Origin: Histomonas meleagridis 2922-C6/04-290x
Lineage: Eukaryota > Protista > Parabasalia
DNA length: 64,000 bases
Assembly: GCA_020184695.1 (NCBI GenBank)
Contig: JAANOX010000126.1
Span: 186,001 to 250,000 of the forward strand
Reading direction: 5' to 3'
The position numbers and the translations under genes are program-made. Positions 21,856-33,340 of the stretch are shown in pieces (the first letter of the stretch is position 1; each line of letters begins with the position of its first letter). The notes under the pieces were generated by a model. It saw only the letters and a list, made by a program, of their open reading frames with translations, made no database searches and was not told the DNA's origin.

Positions 21856-22746
21856 ATGCTCATTTTTTTGTTGATGATGCAACAAATAAGCAATGTATTC
21901 ACTACATCAAGTACAATAGGTGACGTTTTGAAAACACCTTGTTTTAATGGCTTTGCTCAATATCTTCTTCCATTAGAATGGGGATATGATGAAAAAATGC
22001 CTCTTAGCAGAGTTTCATCATTACTTCCATATCACAGCCATATTGATGCTAATCGCTCGGTTGAAATTCTTAATTATATGTACACTTTAGCACAATCAGG
22101 TCAGAAGATATTCTACAAATTAAACCGAAAAGATGCTGGATTGTTTTTCTTCAAAGGCAAACCTGGTTCACCTTTTGCAGTTTTTTGTCCTGGTGGCGCA
22201 TTTTCTTATGTGGGCTCAATTCATGAAGGATTTCCATTTGGTATTGAACTCTCCAAAAAAGGTTATAATGCATTTGTAATCCAATATAGAACAGGTAGTG
22301 CACAAGGTGCATGTATGGATCTTGCAGAAGGAATTTCTTATATCTTTCATCAAAAAGACCAATTGCAAGTTGATACAAATGGTTATTCTGTTTGGGGCTT
22401 TTCAGCTGGTGCACGCATGGCCGCATACCTTGGAACATATGGTCCAAGTGGCTTTGGAGGAGATGATTTACCTCGCCCATCAACTGTAGTAATGGGATAT
22501 ACTGGACATTCTGAGTATTCTCGCAACGACCCACCAACATATGTTGCCGTTGGCGCTCATGATGGAATAGCAAATCCAAGGGTCATGGAAAGACGCGTTG
22601 AAAAGCTGAAATCAATGGGAATTCCAGCAGAATTTCATATGTTTCCATCTTTGGGTCACGGATTTGGTTTGGGAATAGGAACAACAGCAGAAGGATGGGT
22701 TGATGATGCTATAAGATTCTGGGAAGAGCATAGAGTGAAACATTGA
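21856..22746 (+). CDS. Alpha/beta hydrolase of bacterial type (xylan/acetyl-esterase-like), probable lateral transfer
   Basis: PGGAF oxyanion motif, WGFSAG nucleophile, GAHDG Asp and GHGFG His. Short hydrophobic leader MLIFLLMM from ATG 21856. Confidence 0.8.
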   Translation: MLIFLLMMQQISNVFTTSSTIGDVLKTPCFNGFAQYLLPLEWGYDEKMPLSRVSSLLPYHSHIDANRSVEILNYMYTLAQSGQKIFYKLNRKDAGLFFFKGKPGSPFAVFCPGGAFSYVGSIHEGFPFGIELSKKGYNAFVIQYRTGSAQGACMDLAEGISYIFHQKDQLQVDTNGYSVWGFSAGARMAAYLGTYGPSGFGGDDLPRPSTVVMGYTGHSEYSRNDPPTYVAVGAHDGIANPRVMERRVEKLKSMGIPAEFHMFPSLGHGFGLGIGTTAEGWVDDAIRFWEEHRVKH

Positions 22747-22857
22747 GTCAAAAAAAAATTAGAATTTTTTAAAGAACATTTAAACTGTATTACTTACTTT
22801 TCTTTAAAGTTTTCTTCTTATAAAATAAGGCATTTTATGTAATTGTAATATACATAT

Positions 22858-22885
22858 TTAAGGGTTCGAGTCCGATTGTAAAAAA
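22858..22885 (+). mobile_element. TIR-like terminus TTAA|GGGTTCGAGTCCGATTGTAAAA
   Basis: Near-identical inverted copy at 61074-61097. TTAA flank and GG terminus are compatible with Kolobok-type DNA transposons. Confidence 0.45.
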
Positions 22886-23165
22886 TCCATACGTTAAGGG
22901 GTATTCAATTTTCTGAGGATAAGATGGTGAAATGAAAAAAAAATCTTAATTTCTCATTTTTATCTAAATGTGGGAAACAAATAATGATCAAATGTAATTT
23001 CCGCACAACTTCATATAAATGCCTATTTGGTAATATATTTAAATTAAAATAAAAATCTTCAGATTATAAAAAAAATTGATATTCATGATAAAAATATTTC
23101 TTAATAAATTATCACCGCAAACTTTCTATGATTTAAATTAATACTCCAGAAAATTAGGTATTAAT

Positions 23166-23862
23166 TTGATGCAACTATGCATTTATTATGGGAACTATGA
23201 AATTTTTTTATTTTTGGAAGATGAAAAAATAAAGATTGATAGATCTGTTAACAATTCATCTGCAAAAGTTGGTAATTTTGATAAGAATATCTTATCAAAT
23301 ATTTTCTCAAAGAAAACGAAATTCCAAATGATATATTACTATTTTCTGTAGAATCAGGTAATCCTGAAATAGTTAAATATATTCTTGAACAAAAGGTAAT
23401 TAATATTAATACTAAAAATGTATATGTATTTTATTTGAAATTTATTTTAATTTTTTAATGATTAATAAAAATATTTAAAAATTATTTAAAATATTTAATA
23501 CAGCACTTATATCTGCATCTTCAAATGGTTATACAGAAATAGTTAAATTACTTTTTGAACAAAAAGGAATAGATATTAATGCTAAAGGTATTTATTTTTT
23601 CTTTATTTCATTTTTGATTTGGTAATTTGATATTTCAAAATAATATTTGGAAATAATTTCAAATATTTAATACAGCACTTATATTAGCGTCTGTAAAATG
23701 CTAAAGGTATTTATTTGTTTTCTTTAAAATTTATTTTAATAATTTTATATTCAAAATAATATTTGGAAATTATTTACACCATATAAAGCAGCACTTATAT
23801 TGGCATCTGAAAATGGTCATACAGAAATCGTTACATTGCTTCTTGAACAAAAATTAATGTAA
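23166..23862 (+). pseudogene. DUF3447-like fragment followed by four ankyrin units interrupted by 79-82-nt spacers
   Basis: SVESGNPEIVKYILEQKVININTKN / TALISASSNGYTEIVKLLFEQKGIDINAKG / internally deleted unit / AALILASENGHTEIVTLLLEQK. Spacers at 23420-23499, 23590-23671 and 23709-23787. Confidence 0.75.
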
Positions 23863-24220
23863 ATTAAAAAGTTTAATATAGCTCTCTTGATTAAATCTGT
23901 AAAGGATATGGAAAAAATCCTCTAAAAAATAATATAATTATTTATGAACTTTCCCTGGGAAGAAACTGTTTCTTATTAAATTTGGTAAACCATGGTTTGG
24001 CCGAATTCGACTCTGTAAAATTAAAAATATCACATAAATATCTGCTTTTATTTCATATGCTTTACTAAACTTATGAGTTTCAGGAAAAAATTAACATTTG
24101 ATTTAGGAATGTATAGTGTTATAATACTTTGAATTAGGCCCTAATTACACTACTGGAATATGAATGAATAAATGTTTGATTAATAGAGGGGGTGAAAAAA
24201 AAAAAAACTGTCTTATGTTT

Positions 24221-24242
24221 TATATATATATATATATATATA
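24221..24242. repeat. (TA)11 microsatellite
   Basis: Read directly from sequence. Confidence 0.9.
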
Positions 24243-25027
24243 TTAGATATAATGATCCTTCATACTTGTTTGGTTACATCTACCAAATTTTAATGGGTTA
24301 TGAGCAATCAAATAAAAATCAAGATTTAAAGCATAACACTCATGTTATTAAATATACTGATGTCATTAATTTAAATGAAGGGTCAGAAAAATAATTATAT
24401 TGCTAAATTCATAAAATTTAGTTAATATTTTCTCTTCATGATATATAATTATTATCCAGATATATCATTAAATATATTGATATATAAAATATATTTAAAT
24501 ATTCTCTTGATATCAAAATAAAATTTTTCTAAATATGAAGTGATGGTTTTAACTTGACACGTTTCATGAATAAAAAACCCATAAAACTCTTGTAATGAAT
24601 GATGAAGACTTCGAAGAGCATAGAAATCTAATTCGATTTACCATATTTTCATATATTTTTGAAATTTATGCAATCACAACTGAAAGACAAAGTATCGATT
24701 AAAAGTTGTTGCATCGATGATATCCAGTTGATTGAGTAAGACAAAATTTAAGAACATTTCCTTTTGAATGTTGCAGAGCAATAATTATACATAAACGAAT
24801 AACACGAATCATTGAATAAATTTTAATCATACATATTCAATAATTTACCAAAAAAAAAATCACAATATCTCGAAATCCCATCGACAAAATTTTTTATTTT
24901 TAGTAAGTTTAAATATAAAATATGATATAAATTATTTTAGTGAAATACAAATGAAAGTTGTACAAACTAGTTTTAGTTTGAAACAACGATTTTTGGGGTG
25001 CCTTGATAAAAGGTTGGCGCCACAAAA

Positions 25028-28000
25028 ATGTCTTCAGCAGACACTCAAGCGATTGCATTAGAAGTTTCTGAAATTGTTGAACAAAATCTAGGTCTTAAGA
25101 AGAAATGCGATGAGCTTACAGAAAAATGCGCTAATCTTCAACAACGATATTTTAAAGAATCCGCTAAAAATCAATCAGCTATTCGAAAAATACATGAAGA
25201 ACTTAATAGCAAATCATTAGTATATAAAGAAAAGTTTGATAAATATGCCAATTTACTGCAAAATGTTCAAGAAGAAAATAAAGAGCTTAAAGATCAAATC
25301 GAAAATCTATGCATACACATTTCGTCCAAAGGAGAAACTGTAACAAGTATTCCTGAAGTCATTCAGTATATTGATTCATCTGACATTAATTCATTATTTT
25401 CAAGATTAACTCAAAAATATGGAATTCAAGTTAGCTCCATTGATGACATCATCTTTATAATAGAACAATCTCATTATCATTCTGATAATTTAGAATCATT
25501 TGATAAAAAAGATCAAGAAATCGAATCATTAAAAAGAAAACTTAACAATTCATTACGCCTAAATGAAATTTATGAAGACCAAATCAAAGAATTTCAAAAA
25601 AATCAAACAAATAACAAAGTAACACAACAATTACAACATGCCAAAAAAGAAATTAAACAACTTAAAAGAGCGCTTAAAGACAAAATGTTTATACAAAGCG
25701 AACTTCAGAGCACAACGACGGATATGTTTAATAACACAAAAGAAGAAAAATCAGTTCAAAAGCGATTAAATACCGAAATAAAATTAAATGAAAAATTGCA
25801 AACAAAAATTACCGAATTCGAAACAAAATATTCGCAAATACAACTTGAACTTAAAGAAGCTAAAGAAACAATTCGAAAGCAAGAAGAAATTATTACAAAG
25901 AAAGAATATAAAAATAAAAACTCAATGATAACTGAATCGAATAATTTCCAACAAACAATTTCAATATTCGAAGAATTTCTTGAAGAAAAAGATGAAAGAA
26001 TTATCAAATTATATGAACAACGAAGTGAACTAATACAAAACTTACAAAGAATTAATATAATTATCGAAAAAGTCGAAGAAAAATTCCAAAATGTATTAAA
26101 TGAAAACAATTTATTAAAAGGAAAAACAAATGAATTACAAAATCAAATCGAAGAATTGAAAAACAATTCGTTTATATCATCGGAAACATTAAAACAAGAA
26201 ATACAAAATATTTTACCTGATCAAATTATAGATGAAACAGAAAAATATCAAAATTTATCATTAAATAATTATATTAAATCAATAATACAAATATTTATTG
26301 ATATTAATGAAGAGTTACAACAAAATATTAACGAAAATGAAGAAAAAGAAAACGATAAATATACAAAAAGAGAAATTGCACTTGTTGTACAACTTGAAAA
26401 TATGATTTCATTCATTAAAACCATTTCTAAAATCGAAAATGTTGATCCTTATGATCAAACATTAATATCAATTCAATGCGCAAGAATTGGACAATTTATA
26501 GATGAAGAATTCGATGGAATTAAAGTTGATAATTATCCATCTATATTTAAATCAAATGATATTAAATCGATAACAAATATATTTTTAAGTTTTGTAGATG
26601 AAAATGATATTAATGAAACACCAATTAAAGAACTTTATATACTTTTTATAATTATTGTTCAAGTAAATTCGATTTTATTTAAACAAGTTAATGAATTAAT
26701 GAAAGATGCAAATAAATCAAAACAAAACAAAGAATTGTTAAATGAAAAACTTCAAATCGAATTAGAAAATAAACAAATGAAAGATAAAATCGAAAAATTA
26801 AATGAAAAAATCCAAAAATTATTTGAAATTAATACTTCAAATGATTTCTTTGATAACTTTAATGACTTGTTAAATGCTTTTGAAGAAATTAATAAACAAA
26901 ATGAAGAAAATAAATTATTAATTGAACAATTAAATGAAGAAAATGAAGAAAATATTAAAATAATTGAAAGTTTAGAAGATAATATCAAAGAAATCAAAAA
27001 AGAAAACAATGAAATCAAATATAAAAATAAAATTATTGTTAATAAACTTAAAAATGAACATAATGAAAAAGTACAAAAACTTTCAAATGAAAATGAGAAG
27101 TTATTAAAAACATTAAATAACAATGAGAAACAACAAAATATAATAATACAAAATAAATCTGAGAAATTAAACAAAATCAAAAAACAAAATAATGAAAACC
27201 AATTCATTATTAAAATGATAAACGAACAAAATAAATCATTAGAATTAACTAATAATAATATAACAAAAGAAAACAATTTATTAAAATCACAAAACGAATT
27301 TTTACAAAATGAAATAAATAAACTTCAAAATGAAAACATGAAATTACAACAAAAGAAAACATATTTCAAAGAACAAACACAAGAATTAAAGAATTATAAT
27401 ACTGAAACACTCGAAAACATTAAAGAACAAAACAAAACATTACATAAGAATTATGATAATAGAGTTGTTTCACTTGAAGATAAATTAAATGAATCACAAA
27501 ATAATAATAAAAATTTGGAAGAAATTATAAAAAATCTTCAAAATAAAATTTCGCAATTACAAAATGAAATTTCAAACACAAAAATTAATGAATTAAAACT
27601 AAAACGTAATTTATCCAAATTTAATGAACAAATTAATATCACTGAAAACAAATATAACTCTAAAATTAAAACATTACAAAGTTCATACAAACAAAAAATT
27701 AAAGAAATAGAACAAAAAATTAATAATTTCAATAATTCATTAAAAGAATTAATAAAAAAGAATTTTAACATTGAAATCCAACAAAATGAAAATCCAAACG
27801 AAACATTAAAAATATTTTCATCAATTATAAAACAAAGTGAAATCCAACAAATCAATAAAATCAAAGAATCACTTGAAATTAAATCATTCATAGATCATTA
27901 TAATGATATCCTAAATGAAATAGATGAAAAAAACATGAAAATATTAACAAACCAAAACAAGTTAAAGAAGATGGAAAAAGAATTAAAGAAAAATATTAAA

Positions 28001-28330
28001 GAAAAAGAAACATTAAATAAATTAGCAGATGAATATAATTTATGGACAAAATGGGCAAATTCTTTATATTATCAAGTAACTAATATGAAAGTCGATCAGA
28101 AAATAAATGGAAATGAATTAAGACATTCATTAGAAGAATTAATTTATAACTCAATAGGAAACAGAACATTAAACAAAAGATTACAATTATTACGAGCTCA
28201 AAAACAAATTTTAAACAAAAATAAATATTTGTTAGCAAATTATTCAAAACCTCAAAGAGATATAGATTCGGTTCGCCCTTTGATCTTAATGTCAATGTGT
28301 ATAGATAGGATGAAAAAAGGTTTTAATTAA
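25028..28330 (+). CDS. Long coiled-coil protein (1100 aa), K/E/N/Q-rich
   Basis: Continuous heptad-rich ORF; no specific family recognised. Confidence 0.8.
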   Translation: MSSADTQAIALEVSEIVEQNLGLKKKCDELTEKCANLQQRYFKESAKNQSAIRKIHEELNSKSLVYKEKFDKYANLLQNVQEENKELKDQIENLCIHISSKGETVTSIPEVIQYIDSSDINSLFSRLTQKYGIQVSSIDDIIFIIEQSHYHSDNLESFDKKDQEIESLKRKLNNSLRLNEIYEDQIKEFQKNQTNNKVTQQLQHAKKEIKQLKRALKDKMFIQSELQSTTTDMFNNTKEEKSVQKRLNTEIKLNEKLQTKITEFETKYSQIQLELKEAKETIRKQEEIITKKEYKNKNSMITESNNFQQTISIFEEFLEEKDERIIKLYEQRSELIQNLQRINIIIEKVEEKFQNVLNENNLLKGKTNELQNQIEELKNNSFISSETLKQEIQNILPDQIIDETEKYQNLSLNNYIKSIIQIFIDINEELQQNINENEEKENDKYTKREIALVVQLENMISFIKTISKIENVDPYDQTLISIQCARIGQFIDEEFDGIKVDNYPSIFKSNDIKSITNIFLSFVDENDINETPIKELYILFIIIVQVNSILFKQVNELMKDANKSKQNKELLNEKLQIELENKQMKDKIEKLNEKIQKLFEINTSNDFFDNFNDLLNAFEEINKQNEENKLLIEQLNEENEENIKIIESLEDNIKEIKKENNEIKYKNKIIVNKLKNEHNEKVQKLSNENEKLLKTLNNNEKQQNIIIQNKSEKLNKIKKQNNENQFIIKMINEQNKSLELTNNNITKENNLLKSQNEFLQNEINKLQNENMKLQQKKTYFKEQTQELKNYNTETLENIKEQNKTLHKNYDNRVVSLEDKLNESQNNNKNLEEIIKNLQNKISQLQNEISNTKINELKLKRNLSKFNEQINITENKYNSKIKTLQSSYKQKIKEIEQKINNFNNSLKELIKKNFNIEIQQNENPNETLKIFSSIIKQSEIQQINKIKESLEIKSFIDHYNDILNEIDEKNMKILTNQNKLKKMEKELKKNIKEKETLNKLADEYNLWTKWANSLYYQVTNMKVDQKINGNELRHSLEELIYNSIGNRTLNKRLQLLRAQKQILNKNKYLLANYSKPQRDIDSVRPLILMSMCIDRMKKGFN

Positions 28331-28533
28331 TAAAAAATGTTTTTAACTTTTTGAACACAAAAAATTCTTTGAAGGACGATCAGTGTAAATACAAAAACTT
28401 CAATGGACTAGTTAAGTTTTGAATACCCTCTGAAAATCTCCAGTGTTCAGAACCAGAAAACGGTTTCATAATCATAACCGTTTTGACGCTTTTCAATAAG
28501 GGTTTGACGGTTTAATCACCAAAAATCTTCAAG

Positions 28534-30126
28534 ATGATAAACAAAAACCACGACTACATTAAGGAGTATGAATCCTATGACATATTGCTTAACCATTCTA
28601 TAGAATTAAAAAAGCGTATACTTGTGATTCAAGATAAACATGAAGAAACAAACGGAGAACAATATAATATGTTTGATCAATTTTTTATTTTTGGAGGAAA
28701 CCCAAATGAAGGAAAGCCTACAAAACCAGAAATATTAGCCATGTTTCCATCAGTTGGCTGTGACAAGACAGAAGATGAAATACGAAAAATTATGCAATTT
28801 TGTTTTCCCAGAGGGTTTAAAGAAGAGAAAAGAAATCCAAAAATTAGAAGTCCAATACAAAGTGAATTTATTTTTTATTTAACCAACGAAGATAGTCAAA
28901 GGACATATGGCATTTGTGTTTATTTAATACTAAGTGAGAACAATAATGCATTTTTTGCAACGAAGCAAAATCGCCCTTATCCATTTTGTCTATGTTTTCT
29001 TACCAAAGTCCCATTTCTCTCATCACATTTTAAATTTGCCACATATCTTGCATTATTATTATTAGGGAAAGTTCGTTCTACCCATATATCCAATGTACCA
29101 TTACCACTACCATTCAAAGTCCAAGGGTTTTGTTATTCTTCTCTTATGCTTGATAAACATAATCCAGGAATTGCAATTATTCATGGGATAACTCCACCCA
29201 AGATCCTTTGTGAGGAGCTTATATTCTTTTATACCAAGCCCACACATCAGCCAAACTCTGATGTCAGAATGGTAGATAATCTTTCAAAAAGAATGTTTCT
29301 TTGTATTCCTACCCATCTCTCTACTAAGCGGCAATTACTTTACCCAACCTTACACGTCTTGTTCTCCTGCCTCTCCCCCAGCGCCATTGTTCACTTGTAT
29401 TCGTGCATTTTACTTGAATACAACGTTCTTTTCACATCACATGACATGCACAAACTGACATTATCCGTTGTAGCCATTACACAGCTCATTCAACCATTCG
29501 AAACTCAAGCAATATTAATCCCATTACTTCCTGACAGTTTAAAACAGATATTACAGTCACCTGTTCCGTATATTATCGGTTCAATTCAATCAGAAAAAGA
29601 TGGGCCTGACGTAATCGTAAACCTTGACAAAGGGACAGTTGAAAGTAAAAAAGGGTTTCCAATGGTTCCTCATGCTGATAAATTAATGGCGGATATCCAA
29701 AAAATAATTAATAGCTCGTCGGAATCAATATTGACGCCGAAAAAACACTTGAAATCAGTGTTCGGAACAGAACAAAAGAAACGAAATCCGGATTTTGACA
29801 AATTCATTCGATCAACGAATAGCTTCGTTTTTCCATCAGAGTTCACCAAGAACATCTCAATGAAATACATATTCACACAGTTCGTTATAGAGGATATAAT
29901 AGGACTATTTGAATCTTTCTTCCCACCAATTTTGGATGATCTGATTAAATGCTATTTCGTAACAGATAACACAGATCCAGACCTATCAGTGACTGTACTC
30001 AACAAAGAGCTCCTTTTGTCAACAATTGACGAAAAAGATAAAGAGTTTTATTCGGCTTTTATCACTACACAAACATTTGAAACTTATTGCAATCAAGTAA
30101 TGGATAATTGTTCGAAAGAAAAATAA
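28534..30126 (+). CDS. DENN-domain protein (Rab GEF)
   Basis: QFCFPRG, FIFYLTNEDSQRTYGICV (uDENN); LLEYNVLFTS...IPLLP...LQSPVPYIIG (DENN); FITTQTFETY (dDENN). Confidence 0.9.
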   Translation: MINKNHDYIKEYESYDILLNHSIELKKRILVIQDKHEETNGEQYNMFDQFFIFGGNPNEGKPTKPEILAMFPSVGCDKTEDEIRKIMQFCFPRGFKEEKRNPKIRSPIQSEFIFYLTNEDSQRTYGICVYLILSENNNAFFATKQNRPYPFCLCFLTKVPFLSSHFKFATYLALLLLGKVRSTHISNVPLPLPFKVQGFCYSSLMLDKHNPGIAIIHGITPPKILCEELIFFYTKPTHQPNSDVRMVDNLSKRMFLCIPTHLSTKRQLLYPTLHVLFSCLSPSAIVHLYSCILLEYNVLFTSHDMHKLTLSVVAITQLIQPFETQAILIPLLPDSLKQILQSPVPYIIGSIQSEKDGPDVIVNLDKGTVESKKGFPMVPHADKLMADIQKIINSSSESILTPKKHLKSVFGTEQKKRNPDFDKFIRSTNSFVFPSEFTKNISMKYIFTQFVIEDIIGLFESFFPPILDDLIKCYFVTDNTDPDLSVTVLNKELLLSTIDEKDKEFYSAFITTQTFETYCNQVMDNCSKEK

Positions 30127-30470
30127 ATAAATTTGTTTTATATTTAACGAAATTTTGAAATTTTTGCAGAAAGCTTTTTGGGGCACCCCGTTTTTGACAA
30201 ATTATTCCTCTAATAAAAAGATTAGAAAGTTATTATGAATCAACAGATGATTTGAGCAAATACATGGAGTTACTATCATTAGTCGAAAGCAAGTATTTAT
30301 TTTAAAAAATTGGAATTAAGTAGATAGATAAAAATTAGGTTACAAATCTGTTAGAGATTTCCCTTCTTAACCACTCTACATAGTTGATAATGTTTACCAA
30401 AGTATAAAAAATTAAAATGAAATAAAAACATCAAAAATAAGGATACACTCCATTTGAATTCAAAGAAAGA

Positions 30471-31398
30471 ATGCTTGATCTTGAACCTGTTGTATATTTG
30501 GGAGCAGATTACCAAACAAAAAAATCTTTAAATTTGGTCATATTAATTGATATTAGTTTTTCATATAATGGATGGCCGTATACGGATAAGATCCCATCAA
30601 TTGTTAAATCAATAGCTGCAAATACTATAACACCAAAGACATATCATTTTTCAGATACCTTTAGTTTCAAATATTTATGTATAAAATGTGCACATTCATT
30701 TTCATTTGATGTTAAATTAGATAAATATATTCCCACAGTTGTTACGGATATCACTAATTTACCTCAAGGTACACCCGGTATTATTACAAGAGTCTTTTCA
30801 GCAACAAAACATAATACAGGTAATTGGGGGGATTTTACTTTATATTTATCAATGAATCCTAGTGAAATGTATGGTATACTTCGATTCTTTGGTGAACTTG
30901 GAGAAAAATATCCACAAGTTGAAGATTCTTTAACACTTGCATGTATTATTAAAATGCCTGGATTACAGCCATTATGTGAAGGAGCTACATTAATTGGAGA
31001 AGATCAGTATGTTATTATATTGAAAAAAGATAGTACATTATTATCATGGTAAATAGCAAAATCTGGAAATATAATTTACATTCAATTAATATTCCATTCA
31101 AACGATATGAAGATCAGCAAACAAATCCTCAGATTTTACCTGAAACAAGACCTCAATCGGAATATACTTCAAGTAATTTCACGAAGGCTCTAATGAAGAA
31201 GGAAGCAACGGCGGAACTATTGCAGGAGCAATTGTTATTGTTTTGGTTGGTGTTGCTGTTATTGCTTTCTCTACATTTTACTATATGCGATATATTAGGA
31301 ATGATAAATCAATGGCTTCAGAAGACGTTGCCAATGCAAAAGTCGAAGAAGATCCACAAGCAATTGAATGCGGCGAAGTACAAGAAACAAATTTATAA
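30471..31398 (+). pseudogene. Type I membrane protein broken by two 1-nt frameshifts
   Basis: Three successive frames join into ...ILKKD / YIIIMVNSKIW...SEYTSSNF / HEGSNEEGSNGGTIAGAIVIVLVGVAVIAFSTFYYMRYIRN...QETNL*. Each junction needs one extra base (about 31030 and 31178). Confidence 0.55.
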
Positions 31399-31768
31399 AT
31401 TTTAGTAAAATAGGAAAGCATCTAACTAATTTTGTTTTCAACAAACACAATATAAAGTTTTTAGATTCATTTGTGTACAGAAATCCTCAAAAATCATTCA
31501 TGAGTAAATCATTAAGTATATTGCGAAACAATTTTCAATAAATTTATATCAACAACACTTGAAATTTCAGAGCAGAATAGAGAGTGTGTAACCAAATAAA
31601 TAAAGTAAAATGGGTCTATTTTACAACCGTCACACATTGAATACTCATTCAAAAAGTGGTATAAATGGCCAAACAGACTCCACAAAATTATTTTAGTAAA
31701 TCATACGAAAAGTCGTTTTTTGGGCTCCTTAACAGTAAGCCATTGATTTCATTTTGGACGGTGCGCAA

Positions 31769-31825
31769 GTTTTGATCGTAATGTATTGAAAAAGCTACGC
31801 TTTTTCAATACATTACGATCAAAAC
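31769..31825. repeat. Perfect 27-bp inverted repeat with 3-nt loop (hairpin/cruciform)
   Basis: GTTTTGATCGTAATGTATTGAAAAAGC-TAC-GCTTTTTCAATACATTACGATCAAAAC. Confidence 0.95.
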
Positions 31826-31937
31826 CGCTCGCGCCGATGGCGCTCGCAGCAATACATTAAATAATAATCATAATATAAGAGGAATAATTTATACAGAAAA
31901 GTGACATTATTTAATGCTTACATCAAACAAAAATGGT

Positions 31938-32808
31938 ATGCCTACTATTAAGCACTTAATACAAATGATCCCCACTCATTCTGCTGCAATTGATTATTTA
32001 ATATTCGAAGGCGTATTTCCTAAAACAACAGAATGCAAAAAATGTAACAAAATTTTATACCTCAAGTAACAATCAATTTCGTTGTAGAGATTGTAATAAA
32101 CAACAATCAATCACAATTGGGACAATATTCGAAAAATGTTCAATACCTTTTGACATGGTTTTAATGATTGCTTATTATTGGCTTTTGAAAACCCCAACAA
32201 CATCAATTGTCTCAATAACAGGATTATCTTCAACAACAGTTTGCAAATATATACAATAATTCAAAAAAATTGTTTCATGCATAGTTTAAAATCAAGAAGA
32301 AAAAATCGGTGGTGAAGGAATTATAGCAGAATTAGATGAATCTAAATTCAGAAAAAGAAAATATAATATAGGGCACAGAGTAGAAGGTGTCTGGGTTGTT
32401 GGTGGTGTAGAAAGAACAAAAGAACGCAAAATATTTGCATTAAGTGTTACGTCTAGATATAAAGATATACTTAAAACAATAATATCAGATCATGTTATGC
32501 CTGGTTCGATTATTTATACCGATGCATGGAAAGCTTATGTCCCTGCAATCGAAGAGTTCAACACATACCAAAATACAAATTTTAAACATGAAATTGTGAA
32601 TCATAAAAAAGGATTTAAAAGAGAAGATGGAGTACACACGAATACAATAGAAGGAAATTGGTATGGTTTTAAATGTAATCTTACAAGTCAACATATGAAA
32701 CCAAAACTGATTGACCGTAAGTTACTTGCTTGCATATGGCGAAGGCAAAATAAGAAGCAACTATGGGAAGCTTTTATTCTTGCCCTCATCGAAATCAAAT
32801 TTGATTAA
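31938..32808 (+). mobile_element. Decayed Merlin / IS1595(ISXO2)-like DDE transposase
   Basis: Hand translation: N-terminal CxxC..CxxC zinc ribbon, then ELDESKFRKRKYNIGHRVEGVWVVGGVER...IYTDAWKAY...VNH...HTNTIEGNW. Three in-frame stops and one frameshift in the 5' half. Confidence 0.9.
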
Positions 32809-32835
32809 AAAAATTTGATCTCATTTTTTATTTTA

Positions 32836-33077
<242 letters not shown>

Positions 33078-33340
33078 TTGAAGTTTATCTAAAATTATCG
33101 AATATTAAACAAATGATTTCATTAAATTCATATTATCATTTGAATTTTTTTTAAATACAAAAAATTAAAACTAAAGTAACATTTATTATTGTTCAGCAAG
33201 AAATGAGTTTAGATCATTTGGAAACAAAAACTGCGCATACAACAATGGTATCACAATAGTTTCAGACTGATCTGGAATTTCACGTTCGACAGGAATTTTC
33301 CCATCCTTGTTAATGACTCTCATAATCCTCCTGATCACAA

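Noticed and set aside
22862-22873. tRNA gene suggested by B-box GGTTCGAGTCC
   Set aside because: No A-box, no complete T-stem and no cloverleaf; better explained as the TIR-like terminus.
23588-23675. Canonical GT-AG intron reading of the ankyrin spacer
   Set aside because: It works in frame for this copy (AAAG|GT...ACAG|CA) but would delete the conserved D and T of the repeat. GT and/or AG are absent in most other copies, and there is no parabasalid branch-site motif.
24164-24394. 76-aa ORF spanning poly-A and (TA)n
   Set aside because: Low-complexity origin and no recognisable domain; the surrounding 24.0-24.9 kb may be decayed coding DNA but could not be assigned.
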